A DNA stretch of 64,000 nucleotides from Alphaproteobacteria bacterium (GCA_965214705.1 CBDCCI010000001.1:224001-288000); one strand, 5' to 3'; numbered from the stretch's first letter, positions 20,766 through 30,611 are shown. Notes: generated from the letters alone by a model not told the origin. Numbers and translations are program-made.

Positions 20766-22427
20766 ATGGGCGCGAGCGACGGGCCGGCCTCGACGGTCTT
20801 TCTCGGTGCCCTGCGCTGGTTCCGCAGTCGCACCTCCGAGTCGCGCCGGCGAGGCGCGACCCAGCGGCTCGTGCACCGCTCGGTCGACCCTGTGCCGGGT
20901 GTCGCCGGGCGCGGCGATGCGCTCGTTGCAGGCCTCTACGAATTCGGCGGCCAAGCGGTCCGCGCCGCCGAGGTCGGCGAGCGCGGCGACACGCCCTGGC
21001 GCCATCGGGAAGCCGGCGATTACTGGCTCGCTGAGCTGCACGGCTTCGACTGGCTGCGCGACTTGCGCGCGGCGGGCACCAGCCCGGCGGCCGAGCGCGG
21101 CCGCACCATGGTGCTCGACTGGCTGCAGCAGCATCGCTCGCTCGACAACACGGCGGCGTGGACGCCAGAGGTCATCGGGCGACGCATCTCGGCTTGGCTT
21201 GCCCATGGCGAATTCCTGTTGCAGGGCGCCGACGACGAGTTCACCCAGCGCTTCCATCAGGCGCTCGATCTTCAGGCTCGTCATCTGATGCGGACCGCCC
21301 GCAACGCCGGCGAAGGGCTACCGCGATTGCTCGCCTATCGGGGATTGATCGAGAGCGGGCTATGCCTGCCCGACGGCGAGCGCCGTGTCGCCCAGGGCCT
21401 AAAGCTCCTTGAGGCGGCGCTGACGGAGCAGGTGCTCGGCGACGGTGGCTACGTCGAACGCAATCCGTCAACGCACTTGGCGGCAATCTGGTGCCTCGCG
21501 GGACTGTGCGCGACCCTCGATGCGAGCGAGCGTCCGGCGGGACAGACGCTCTCGGAGGCGATCGCCCGACTGGCGCCGTCGCTCCGCACGTTCCGCCACG
21601 GCGACGGTGGCCTGGCTCTCTTCAACGGCGGTGTCGAGGAGGAACGGGGCCCGATCGACCTCGCCCTCAGCCGGGCGGCGGCCGGTAGCGAAACCGCCCC
21701 CTTCGATGCGCCCTATATGGGATTCCGGCGCGTCGAGGGCAGACACTCTACCCTGATCGCGGATACTGGCGCACCGTCGACCACCGGGCGTTGGGCTCAC
21801 GCCGGCACGTTGAGCTTCGAAATGAGCGCAGGCCGAGAGCGCCTCATCGTGAACTGCGGCGGCTGGCGCGGCGGCAACGCCGGATGGCGCGAGGCACTGC
21901 GCGGCACCGCGGCCCACAGCACGCTCGTGGTCGACGATACCAACTCCGCGACCCTCGGCGAGGACGGCGCGATTTCGGACGGTCCGACCACTGTGAAGGT
22001 CGAGCGGCGCGATCAGGACGGCGCGACCTGGATCGACTCCAGCCACGACGGTTACCTCGACACGCTCGGCCTGATCCACAAGCGCAGGCTCTACGCGGGC
22101 CACGAAGGCGCCGATGTGCGCGGTGAGGACACGCTCTCGCATATCAGGCGACGCCGACAACGAGGCCGGGAATTCGCTTTGCGCTTCCACCTGCATCCCG
22201 AGGTGACTTGCGCGATGACCGAGGATCGGCGGGCCGTCCTCCTGCGGCTCCCCAGCGGCGCGATATGGCAGATGCGCGGCGCCGGCGCGTCTATCAGCAT
22301 CGACGAGAGCGTCTACGCTGGAGACGGCGTCACCCGGCGACGCACCTCGCAGGTCGCGCTGACCGGCCCAATCGAGGACTCCACCACGGTCAAATGGGCG
22401 TTCAAGCTGCTGCCGAAAGGGAACTAA
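20766..22427 (+). CDS. Heparinase II/III family protein
   Basis: LHGFDWLRDL, FRHGDGGLALFNG, HAGTLSFE, TAAHSTL, FALRFHLHP; usual neighbour of rpe/rsmB in alphaproteobacteria. Confidence 0.85.
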   Translation: MGASDGPASTVFLGALRWFRSRTSESRRRGATQRLVHRSVDPVPGVAGRGDALVAGLYEFGGQAVRAAEVGERGDTPWRHREAGDYWLAELHGFDWLRDLRAAGTSPAAERGRTMVLDWLQQHRSLDNTAAWTPEVIGRRISAWLAHGEFLLQGADDEFTQRFHQALDLQARHLMRTARNAGEGLPRLLAYRGLIESGLCLPDGERRVAQGLKLLEAALTEQVLGDGGYVERNPSTHLAAIWCLAGLCATLDASERPAGQTLSEAIARLAPSLRTFRHGDGGLALFNGGVEEERGPIDLALSRAAAGSETAPFDAPYMGFRRVEGRHSTLIADTGAPSTTGRWAHAGTLSFEMSAGRERLIVNCGGWRGGNAGWREALRGTAAHSTLVVDDTNSATLGEDGAISDGPTTVKVERRDQDGATWIDSSHDGYLDTLGLIHKRRLYAGHEGADVRGEDTLSHIRRRRQRGREFALRFHLHPEVTCAMTEDRRAVLLRLPSGAIWQMRGAGASISIDESVYAGDGVTRRRTSQVALTGPIEDSTTVKWAFKLLPKGN

Positions 22428-22640
22428 GGCCTGTCCTCGCGCTGATGGCAAGACGCGAAATCCCCTTGCAAAGCGCGCGACAATGGACCAACAAGGGGCC
22501 GGTCGGTTGCACGTGACCTTGATGTATCTTCGCTGACTGGCTCCAGCCGGGCCAAGCTACTCTAGAGACACGCTGCGCCTCTAATACCCGCGATGCCGCC
22601 CAGCGCGGCGCGGGCGCTAAACTTTGTGAAAGGAGTAGTC

Positions 22641-22850
22641 ATGGCGACTGGAACGGTGAAGTGGTTCAACTCGGTCAAAGGCTACGGCTTCATTCAGCCG
22701 AGCGACGGGTCCAAGGACGCGTTCGTCCATATCTCCGCTGTCGAGCGGGCGGGACTCACCAATTTGCGCGAAGGCCAGAAGGTCGAGTACGAGCTGACAC
22801 CGGGGCGCGACGGCAGGGCGTCGGCGGAGAACCTGGTCGTTCTCGACTAA
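22641..22850 (+). CDS. cspA: Cold-shock protein
   Basis: GTVKWFNSVKGYGFI, FVHISAV; AAGGAG RBS. Confidence 0.95.
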   Translation: MATGTVKWFNSVKGYGFIQPSDGSKDAFVHISAVERAGLTNLREGQKVEYELTPGRDGRASAENLVVLD

Positions 22851-22990
22851 GTCCCGGCGGGACTCCCCCCATCAAGCACCGGCAGCGAACGCTGCCGGGC
22901 GAGTCAACGTTACCCGTCGCCGGAGTATCGGCAGCGCGAGGTCAAACGGGCGCGCCCCGCGGGCGCGCTCGCCAAGCCAATAGGAACGGA

Positions 22991-23227
22991 ATGGCACGCA
23001 AGCCCAACTATCGCTTCGCCCGTCTCGAACGTGAGCGCAACAAGGCCGCGAGAAAGGCCGAACGCGCCAAGCTGAAGGCCGAGCGGGCGGAGCAGCGACG
23101 GCGGGAGAAAGCCGGCGAGCTGGCCGACGGCGAGGCAGGCGAAGCCGTCGATGAAGCTGCGGACCTTCCCGACGGTGCCTCGGACGAGTCCGCTACCGTC
23201 ACGGCACAGGATGAGAATCGCGCCTGA
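22991..23227 (+). CDS. Small hypothetical protein with basic N-terminus and acidic C-terminus
   Basis: MARKPNYRFARLERERNKAARKAER...; AGGA upstream; follows cspA on the same strand. Confidence 0.65.
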   Translation: MARKPNYRFARLERERNKAARKAERAKLKAERAEQRRREKAGELADGEAGEAVDEAADLPDGASDESATVTAQDENRA

Positions 23228-23237
23228 TCGAGTCCCG

Positions 23238-23281
23238 GTTCAGGGAATGGCGATGACCGCAGGAACCATCCACCCCTGAAC
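23238..23281. terminator. Imperfect hairpin between convergent genes
   Basis: GTTCAGGG...CCCTGAAC arms with inner ATGG/CCAT pairing; no clear U tract. Confidence 0.4.
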
Positions 23282-23319
23282 GAATTCCGTATGGGTCGGG
23301 CGTCGAGTTCTCGTGCACA

Positions 23320-23357
23320 TCAACGGACTTCGACCACGCGTCGATCAGGAATAGCAC
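23320..23357 (-). pseudogene. Remnant of a DUF5615/VapC45-like PIN toxin (both termini only)
   Basis: GTG start 2 nt after the DUF433 stop encodes VLFLIDA, joined out of frame to VVEVR-stop. Confidence 0.6.
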
Positions 23358-23359
23358 TG

Positions 23360-23602
23360 TCAGGCGGCGAGAATGATGCGATGCGCACTTGCAGCCGCAC
23401 CATAGGCCAGGGCTGCTCTCAGGTCAGCTTCGCTGAGGTATGGATAGTCGGCGAGAATCTCCTCCTTCGACACACCTTCAGCTAACAGCTCCAGGATGTC
23501 GGTCACCCTGACACGCGTGCCACGCACATGCGGCCGTCCGCCGCAGATCGAAGCATCGATGTGGATGCGATCGCGGACCTCCGGGTCGTCTACCATGGAC
23601 AT
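23360..23602 (-). CDS. DUF433 family putative antitoxin (VapB45-like)
   Basis: ICGGRPHVRGTRVRV...EEILADYPYL...AALAY; GAGGAG RBS before ATG 23602. Confidence 0.92.
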   Translation of the reverse strand: MSMVDDPEVRDRIHIDASICGGRPHVRGTRVRVTDILELLAEGVSKEEILADYPYLSEADLRAALAYGAAASAHRIILAA

Positions 23603-23717
23603 GCTGGGCTCCTCGAGCAGCATCGTGAGGCAGCGGCAGAATACTGGACCAAGACGGTCTCGTGTAGCTCGCAGCCGTGCGTCCACGCGCCGGCCCAAAA
23701 CTTTCCGCGTAGCCTTG

Positions 23718-24431
23718 TCAACTCCCGGTCCGGTGCGCCTTCGAGAGCTTGTCGGCTAGCCGCGTGGGCTCGGGCAGCCGATAGCGCGTGGCGCATCTGA
23801 GGGTCAACGTCACCGCGGTCTTCAGCGAAATTCGGTGTCCGGCAGAGACGTAGACCGGCTTCACCCGCTCGCGCGTTCGCAGGACGGCGCCGAGGCGCTC
23901 ACCTGGCCGTAAGCCCTTGTCGGCGAGCAGCCACGCAATATCGCCCTTGGCCGGGCCGGGCTCGTTGTGAGAGCCGGTGAGCCGCGACTTCGCCACCCCG
24001 ATGGTGGGCACATCCAGCCAAAGGCCCAAGTGGCAGGCGAGCCCGAAGCGGCGCGGATGGGCGTAGCCGTGGCCGTCGCAGAGGATCAGGTCGGGCAAAG
24101 CGGGAAGCTGCTCCAGCGCCTCCAGCAAGGCCGGCACCTCGCGGAAGGAGAGCAGCCCCGGCACGTAGGGAAAGGTCGTCGGGCGCTCGATCAGAATCTG
24201 GTCCGTCACGTCCAGCCCGGGATAGGTCAGCATCACGACCGCAGCCCGGATCGTGCGCCCGCCATCGGCGAAGGCGGCATCGACCCCGGCCACCCGCTTG
24301 ATCGCCCGGCGCCCGCCGGGGCCGAAGCGGTCCGAGCGGACCACGGCGCCGGCAAGCGCCTTCTGCAGCGCGATGGCGTCCTTCGGCGACAGGTCCCACG
24401 CGTGGAGCGGCGCGGTGGTCCTTGCTCTCAC
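23718..24431 (-). CDS. nfi: Endonuclease V (deoxyinosine 3' endonuclease)
   Basis: VAGVD, FPYVPGLLSFRE, DGHGYAHPRRFGLACH, IGVAKS, PEPTRLAD; GTG start overlaps the RND stop. Confidence 0.95.
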   Translation of the reverse strand: MRARTTAPLHAWDLSPKDAIALQKALAGAVVRSDRFGPGGRRAIKRVAGVDAAFADGGRTIRAAVVMLTYPGLDVTDQILIERPTTFPYVPGLLSFREVPALLEALEQLPALPDLILCDGHGYAHPRRFGLACHLGLWLDVPTIGVAKSRLTGSHNEPGPAKGDIAWLLADKGLRPGERLGAVLRTRERVKPVYVSAGHRISLKTAVTLTLRCATRYRLPEPTRLADKLSKAHRTGS

Positions 24432-27400
24432 TCCGCACTGGTCCCGCGCGGCGCGGGTCCATCCAGGGCCGCGCCCAACCTCTCGCGCTTGCGCTGCTGA
24501 CGGGTTGCGACCACCGCCAGCAGCGGCGGGACGATCAGCAGCGTGAGCACGGCAGAGAGCGCGAGACCGCCGATCACCACGGAGCCAAGCCCTCGATAAA
24601 GCTCTGATCCCGCGCCGGGGAATAGCACCAGCGGCAACATGCCGAACACACTGGTGAGCGTCGACATGAAGATCGGCCGAATTCGGTTCCTGGTCGCCGA
24701 GAGGATGGCGTCCGCGACCGCCATCTGCTCCTCCCGCATGTGAAACAGGGTCTGGTGGACGAGCAGGATGGCGTTGTTGACGACGATGCCCACCAATATG
24801 ACGAAGCCGAGCAGCGTCAGCATGTCGAGCGGCTGGAACGTATAGGTGTTGACCGCAGCAAGCCCCAACACCCCGCCTGCAGCGGCGAGCGGCACCGAGA
24901 GCATGATGACGAAGGGATAGACGAAGCTCTCGAAGAGCACGGCCATGATGAGGTAGACGATCGCGATGGCGACCACCAGATTGATCGCCATCGCGTCCCA
25001 CGTGGCCTCGAGGTCGTCGGCAGTGCCGGACAGCCTGATCTTCACACCCGGTGGTAGCCCTCGCCCCTCCAACGCCTGAACGACGCCCGTCTCCAGCCTC
25101 TCCAGCGCGATCTCGAGCGGTATGTCAGCGGCGGGGCGGACTTCCAGGGTGATGGTGCGCTCGCGTTCGACGTGGCGAATCTTGGTTGGCCCCGCCGTGA
25201 CGACGATATCGGCGAGCGAACTGGCCGGTAAGATGGCGCCCGCTCTCGTGACCACCGGCAGGCTCTCGATGCCCTGCGTGCGGTCGACGTTGGCGTCGGG
25301 TCCCGCCAGAATCAGATCGAACCGCTTGGCATCGATGGTCACCTCGTCCACTTTGAGGCCGTCGTTGTAGGCCTCGATCGTGGCCCCGAGTTCGCGCGCG
25401 GAGACCCCGTTGTCGCCGAGTTTGATGGGGTCGGGGAGGAGGCGCACCTCTGGCGCGCCAAGCTCAAGGCCGGGTTTGGGGCGGAACTGGTTTCCCTGGT
25501 CGAAGGGCAGCGCCTGGGCCACGAGGCCGGTCGCCTGCAGCGCAATTCCAAGCACGGTCTCCAGGTTCGGGCCCGAGATATCCACGTCGATCTTGCGTCC
25601 CCCGCCGATCCCTCGGCCGAACAACGACGCCTGGCTGACGAAGCCGAAGGTGCCCGGCTCGAAGAATACCGGGGTGCGGATCGGGTCGATCAACTCGCCG
25701 GCCCGATCGGCCTCGACCGCAACCGCACCCACGAAGGCCTGATCGCGGAAGGTCACGAAGAAGAAGCGCTCCATCTTCGGAGGCTCACCCGGCTGGGCGT
25801 CCGGCCCCGTCTCAGACTCCCAGAGAGGGCGCACCGCGTCCTCCACCGAGCGCGCGATGCCGAGCGTGGTTTCGAGGTTGTAGCCCGGCGGCGGCAGGAG
25901 GACACCGAACACCAGGTTGCGGTTGCCGGTCGGCAGATAGTCAAGTCGGGGCAGCAGCAGCCACGATACGAAAAGAGCGCCGCCGCAGACCACGATCGCC
26001 ACGCCAGCGGCACGCAACCGGCGGCGCACAACCCATCCGGTGAAGGCCAGGACGACGCGCACGAACAGCGCGGCAAAATCGTCAATGATCGGCAGGCGAA
26101 GCCGGTAAGGCGCTTCCTCCGTAGCGGCAAGGGACGCGGAGGCGCCGCGGTCTTTCCTGCGTCTGCGCCCGAGGATTCGGCTCGCAAGCGAGGGGATCAC
26201 GGTGCTCGCCACGATCAGCGACAGGACGACCGAGACCGAGATGGCCACGGCGATGTCACGGAACAGCTGGCCGGCTTCCAACTCCATCACCAGGATCGGC
26301 ACGAAGACGAGCACCGTGGTCGCGGCCGAAACGAACACCGCACCCCAGACCTGCCGCGCGCCGTGATAGGCGGCCTGGAGGCGCCCGTAACCGCTCTGCC
26401 TGAGCCGGTAGATGTTCTCCAGAACCACGATGGCCGCGTCCACCACCATGCCGACGGCGAAAGCGAGGCCCGCGAGCGAGATCACGTTGATCGAGCGCCC
26501 GAGAAGTGCCATCGCCACGAACGAGCCCACGACCGAGACCGGAATTGCGATCGAAACGATCAGGGTCGCGGAGAACGAGCGCAGGAACAGCAGTAGGATC
26601 AGCGCGGCCAGCGCGCCACCGACGAAAATGTTCTGCTGCACCAGATCGATGGCAGAATTGATGTAGACGGTTTCGTCGTAGACCTGTTCAAAGACGAGCC
26701 CCGCCTGTGGGATCGCCGCGGCATTCAGTTCCGCCACGGCCTCCTTTACGCCCGCCATGGTCTCGATCACGTTGGCGCCGGTCTCGCGCACCGCATTGAC
26801 GGCCAGCGCGGGCTCGCCCAGCAGGCGGATACGCGCGACGGGCTCCTTGTAGCGATAAGCGACTGAGGCGATGTCGCCCATCGTGACCCGACCGAGCCGG
26901 CCCGAGAGAGGGTCGCTCTCTGAGCGCAGCACGACGCCGGCGACCCGCTCGGGCGTGTTGAGCTCGCCGTCGGTGCGCACAACGTAGCGGCGCTTGCCCT
27001 CCTCGACGTCGCCGGCGGAGATCGAGGCGTTTGAGCGCCGCAGCGCGTCCGCGATTTCGGTCACAGTGAGGCCGTAGCGGGCCATGCGTTCGGGATCGAC
27101 GGTGATGCGGAGCTCCCGCTTGGTGCCGCCGAACATGTTGACGCGCGCCACGCCCTGCACACGCTCCAGACGCTCCTGGATCACGTCCTCGACGAAGTCG
27201 CCGTAGGTGTGGATTGCGCGCTCGTTGCCGGGTTGGCGTGAGAGGATGAACCAGGCGATCGGCTGGTCTTCGGAGCCGGCTGAGCTGATCACCGGCTCGG
27301 CGGCATCGTTCGGCTTGTCGGGCACCCGGTCCAACCTGTTGGCGACCAGCACGAGCGACCGGTCCATATCGGTGCCGACGGCGAACTCCAGCTCGATCTC

Positions 27401-27667
27401 GCCGACGCCATCGTCGGCCGAGCCGATCATGCGATTCAGCCCTTCGAGGCCTTTGAACACCTCCTCCTGCTGGGTGATGATCTCGCGTTCGACCTCAGCG
27501 GGCGCTGCGCCGGGCCAGAAGGTCTCGACGGTAAGGACTGGCTTGCGGACATCGGGCGTGAGCTGGATCGGGATCGTCTGCAGCGCGACGAGTCCGAACA
27601 TGACCACCATCAGAATCGCGGCGACGACCGCGATTGGCCGGTCGATGGCCAGCCTTATGAGGTTCAT
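24428..27667 (-). CDS. RND efflux transporter permease (AcrB/AcrD/AcrF family)
   Basis: 1079 aa; GMVVDAAIVVLENI, GIVVNNAILL, RIRPIFMSTLT. Confidence 0.95.
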   Translation of the reverse strand: MNLIRLAIDRPIAVVAAILMVVMFGLVALQTIPIQLTPDVRKPVLTVETFWPGAAPAEVEREIITQQEEVFKGLEGLNRMIGSADDGVGEIELEFAVGTDMDRSLVLVANRLDRVPDKPNDAAEPVISSAGSEDQPIAWFILSRQPGNERAIHTYGDFVEDVIQERLERVQGVARVNMFGGTKRELRITVDPERMARYGLTVTEIADALRRSNASISAGDVEEGKRRYVVRTDGELNTPERVAGVVLRSESDPLSGRLGRVTMGDIASVAYRYKEPVARIRLLGEPALAVNAVRETGANVIETMAGVKEAVAELNAAAIPQAGLVFEQVYDETVYINSAIDLVQQNIFVGGALAALILLLFLRSFSATLIVSIAIPVSVVGSFVAMALLGRSINVISLAGLAFAVGMVVDAAIVVLENIYRLRQSGYGRLQAAYHGARQVWGAVFVSAATTVLVFVPILVMELEAGQLFRDIAVAISVSVVLSLIVASTVIPSLASRILGRRRRKDRGASASLAATEEAPYRLRLPIIDDFAALFVRVVLAFTGWVVRRRLRAAGVAIVVCGGALFVSWLLLPRLDYLPTGNRNLVFGVLLPPPGYNLETTLGIARSVEDAVRPLWESETGPDAQPGEPPKMERFFFVTFRDQAFVGAVAVEADRAGELIDPIRTPVFFEPGTFGFVSQASLFGRGIGGGRKIDVDISGPNLETVLGIALQATGLVAQALPFDQGNQFRPKPGLELGAPEVRLLPDPIKLGDNGVSARELGATIEAYNDGLKVDEVTIDAKRFDLILAGPDANVDRTQGIESLPVVTRAGAILPASSLADIVVTAGPTKIRHVERERTITLEVRPAADIPLEIALERLETGVVQALEGRGLPPGVKIRLSGTADDLEATWDAMAINLVVAIAIVYLIMAVLFESFVYPFVIMLSVPLAAAGGVLGLAAVNTYTFQPLDMLTLLGFVILVGIVVNNAILLVHQTLFHMREEQMAVADAILSATRNRIRPIFMSTLTSVFGMLPLVLFPGAGSELYRGLGSVVIGGLALSAVLTLLIVPPLLAVVATRQQRKRERLGAALDGPAPRGTSAE

Positions 27668-27682
27668 GGCGAGAGCGCGCTC

Positions 27683-28834
27683 CTAACCGGCCCCGCCGAC
27701 GGTAATCGACTGGCCGGGGCGCAGGCGCTCGTTGCCGCGCACGACCACGGGCTCGCCGGGCCCGAGGCCGCCCAGCACCTCGAAGCGGCCGCCGACGGCG
27801 GCACCCAGCTGCACCGGACGAATCTGCGCCTCTCCGTCCTTGGCGACGTAGACGAAGGCCTGACCCTGATTGCGGACGATGGCGTCCTTGTGCACCGTCA
27901 GCACGTCGCGGCCTCGCCCGGCCGGCAGCACCACCGTCGCCGACTGGTTAATCGCGAGCGGCTTGCGCAGTGTCGAGAAGTGCGGCGTGAAACGCACCTG
28001 ACGGGTGCGAGTGAGCGCGTTCTCCTCCGGCACGACGGTGCGCACGACTGCCGTGTGCTCGCTCCCATCGTCGAGGACCACCGAGACCTGCGTGCCGGTA
28101 TCGAGAGCCCCGATACGGCTCGACGGCACATCGGCTTCGACCTCAAGATCCTGGTTGTTGATCATGGACACCACCCGCTCGCCGACGCCAAGCCAAGCGC
28201 CGACCTCGGTGTGCACCAGAGTGATGACGCCGGGGTAGGGCGCGGTGATCGTGGCCCATGCGAGGTCGATCTCGGCGAGCGAGAGGCTTGCCGCAGCGCT
28301 GAGCCGGGCGGCATCGGCCGTACCGATGGCGCTCTCGGCGATAATCACCTGCTGTCGAGCATCCTCGAAGCGGCTCTGGCTGAACGCGGCCGAATCCCGA
28401 AGCCCTTCCAGCCGTCGCAACTCCTGACGGTGAAGGGTCGACTGGGCTATCAGGCGCTCCACTTGAGCCTGGGCCTCATTGACGATCGCCGCCAGGCGAT
28501 CCCGCTCGGCCCGAAGCCGGATCGTGTCCAGGACGGCGATGGGATCGCCCGTCTCTACGCGATCGCCGACGAATACGTGGAGCGCCGCGACCGGGCCTGC
28601 GGTGCGCGCGGCGACCTCGCCTGCCCGCTTGGCGACCAGGCGCCCGATCACCGGTACGGTCTGCGCCATGGCCTCCATGCGCACCTCGTCGACGGAGACC
28701 ACGGCCGGCGGCTGTTGCGCCGCCCCCTCGCCCGTACCCGCCCCGAGCCAGAGCGCAGCGGCGACGGCGGCGGCGGCGGCCAGAGCCCGAAGGCCGTGCC
28801 GAGAGAGACCGTGTCTCCTCCGGCGTTCGCTCAC
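27683..28834 (-). CDS. RND periplasmic adaptor (membrane fusion protein)
   Basis: Lipoyl-like VGDRVETGDPIA, coiled hairpin, ITAPYPG, GLGPGEPVVVRG; upstream of the RND permease. Confidence 0.93.
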   Translation of the reverse strand: MSERRRRHGLSRHGLRALAAAAAVAAALWLGAGTGEGAAQQPPAVVSVDEVRMEAMAQTVPVIGRLVAKRAGEVAARTAGPVAALHVFVGDRVETGDPIAVLDTIRLRAERDRLAAIVNEAQAQVERLIAQSTLHRQELRRLEGLRDSAAFSQSRFEDARQQVIIAESAIGTADAARLSAAASLSLAEIDLAWATITAPYPGVITLVHTEVGAWLGVGERVVSMINNQDLEVEADVPSSRIGALDTGTQVSVVLDDGSEHTAVVRTVVPEENALTRTRQVRFTPHFSTLRKPLAINQSATVVLPAGRGRDVLTVHKDAIVRNQGQAFVYVAKDGEAQIRPVQLGAAVGGRFEVLGGLGPGEPVVVRGNERLRPGQSITVGGAG

Positions 28835-29283
28835 TGGAGCTTCCTCCCGTCGCCTCGACCGGCGCAGGGTCGCCGATGAGCAGCCAGCGCACGGCCGATC
28901 GCGACGACTTCTGGCACCGCCATCCGCCCGGTGGCAACCGCCTCGTCGGGCTCCATGAAGCGCAGAACGAGCGGCTCGCCCGGTGGCGTTGCCGGCTCGC
29001 CTTCTCCCTCGACCGCGTAATAGATGGGCGTGTACAGCCCGTGAATCCAGTGGCTGTAGAGGGTTCCCGGAACGTGAAGCAGGCGGATCGGCTCGACTTC
29101 GAGGCGACCTTCCTCCATGAACTCGCGGCGCAATGCCTGCTCCGGCGTCTCGCCTGCCTCCACCGCGCCGCCGGGGAGCTTGAGCACGTCGCGCCCGCCG
29201 ACCTGCTCATCCGCGATCAGCACACGGCCCCCGCGCACCAGCACGCCGTAGACGCGAACGTTGGCCGGGCCTTGCTGAGTCAC
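28831..29283 (-). CDS. NUDIX hydrolase
   Basis: Nudix box PGGAVEAGETPEQALRREFMEE; GTG start with GAGGGGAG RBS. Confidence 0.88.
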   Translation of the reverse strand: MTQQGPANVRVYGVLVRGGRVLIADEQVGGRDVLKLPGGAVEAGETPEQALRREFMEEGRLEVEPIRLLHVPGTLYSHWIHGLYTPIYYAVEGEGEPATPPGEPLVLRFMEPDEAVATGRMAVPEVVAIGRALAAHRRPCAGRGDGRKLQ

Positions 29284-29454
29284 AGTGCTTCTCCCCTCGC
29301 AATTCGCTGCGCGGCACGCGCTGCCTGCCATTTGGCCCGCCGTTTCTACACGAAGCGAATGCGCCGGTCACAACGAAGTCGGCACGCGCGAAGCGGGGCG
29401 AGAGGCGCATGGCGCTGCGTCGCTGGCCGGGCTATAAGCCCTCGCGGAGGGACA

Positions 29455-30510
29455 ATGGCAAGAAAAACCCGGAGCGGCGCGGCGGTCGGCATCATCGCCA
29501 ACCCCGCCGCCGGCCGCGACATCAGGCGCCTGGTCGCCCAAGCATCGGTGTTCCCGATCGCCGAGAAGCGCAACATGATCACGCGCATTTTCTCGGCCCT
29601 GGGCGCGGTCGGCGTGAGCACCTGCTACATGATTCCGGACGAGAGCGGCATCGCCGACCGGGTGAAGCGCGCGATCGGCCTGGGTCCGCCGGACGGCCAG
29701 GTGTGGCCCGAGGTGGAGTTCCTCGACATGCCGATCGAGGGCTCGCCTGTCGACACGCTCGAAGCCACCGCCCGCATGGTCGCGCGAGGTGTCGGCGGAA
29801 TCATGGTGCTTGGCGGCGACGGCACCAACCGGCTGGTCGCGCAGGCCTGCGACGGCGTGCCGCTGACCTCGCTCTCGACGGGGACCAACAACGTCTTTCC
29901 GATGATGCGCGAAGCGACCATCGCCGGCCTCGCGGCGGGGCTGGTCGCGACCGGCGCACTGCCGCAGGACGAGGCAGCGCGGCGCAACAAGGTGCTTCGG
30001 GTCACGGTCAACGGCGCACCGCGCGACATCGCGCTTGTCGACGTCTGCGTCAGCGACGAGACCTGGACCGGGGCGAAGGCACTCTGGCGGGCCGATTCGC
30101 TCGACCAGTTGTTTGTGACGTTTGCCGAGGCCGACGCCATCGGCCTCTCGTCGGTCGCGGGTCTCGTGCGTCCGGTCTCGCGCGATGAGCCGACCGGCGT
30201 CGCCGTCGATCTGGCGGCAGCGCCGGGCGCGGCACGGACGGTCTCGGCACCGCTGGCACCGGGGCTGATGGCGGAGATCGGGGTCGAAAGGGTGGTCGAT
30301 CTGGAGGCCGGCGTGCCGCATCCCATCCGGCTCGAGCGCGGCGTGGTGGCACTCGACGGCGAGCGCGAAATCGCCTTCGGCCCCAACGATCGGGTGGCGG
30401 TGGTACTGCAGCCGGACGGCCCGCTCACCGTCGAGATTGCCCGGGCGATGGCACTCGCGGCAAGGGAAGGGCTGCTGGAACAGCCAACTTCTGCGCGCGT
30501 ACCCTCGTGA
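29455..30510 (+). CDS. ATP-NAD kinase-like protein, AcoX family
   Basis: GIIANPAAGRDIRRLVA, LGGDGTNR, STGTNNVFP, ALDGERE. Confidence 0.85.
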   Translation: MARKTRSGAAVGIIANPAAGRDIRRLVAQASVFPIAEKRNMITRIFSALGAVGVSTCYMIPDESGIADRVKRAIGLGPPDGQVWPEVEFLDMPIEGSPVDTLEATARMVARGVGGIMVLGGDGTNRLVAQACDGVPLTSLSTGTNNVFPMMREATIAGLAAGLVATGALPQDEAARRNKVLRVTVNGAPRDIALVDVCVSDETWTGAKALWRADSLDQLFVTFAEADAIGLSSVAGLVRPVSRDEPTGVAVDLAAAPGAARTVSAPLAPGLMAEIGVERVVDLEAGVPHPIRLERGVVALDGEREIAFGPNDRVAVVLQPDGPLTVEIARAMALAAREGLLEQPTSARVPS

Positions 30511-30611
30511 CGGCACTTTCTCCGGCCAGGACGCGGCGTGACGGACAGGAAGGGCTTGCCCAGCGGCCGGCTTTGGCTAACATGCCCGGCGACAACTGAC
30601 GGGGAACGGCC

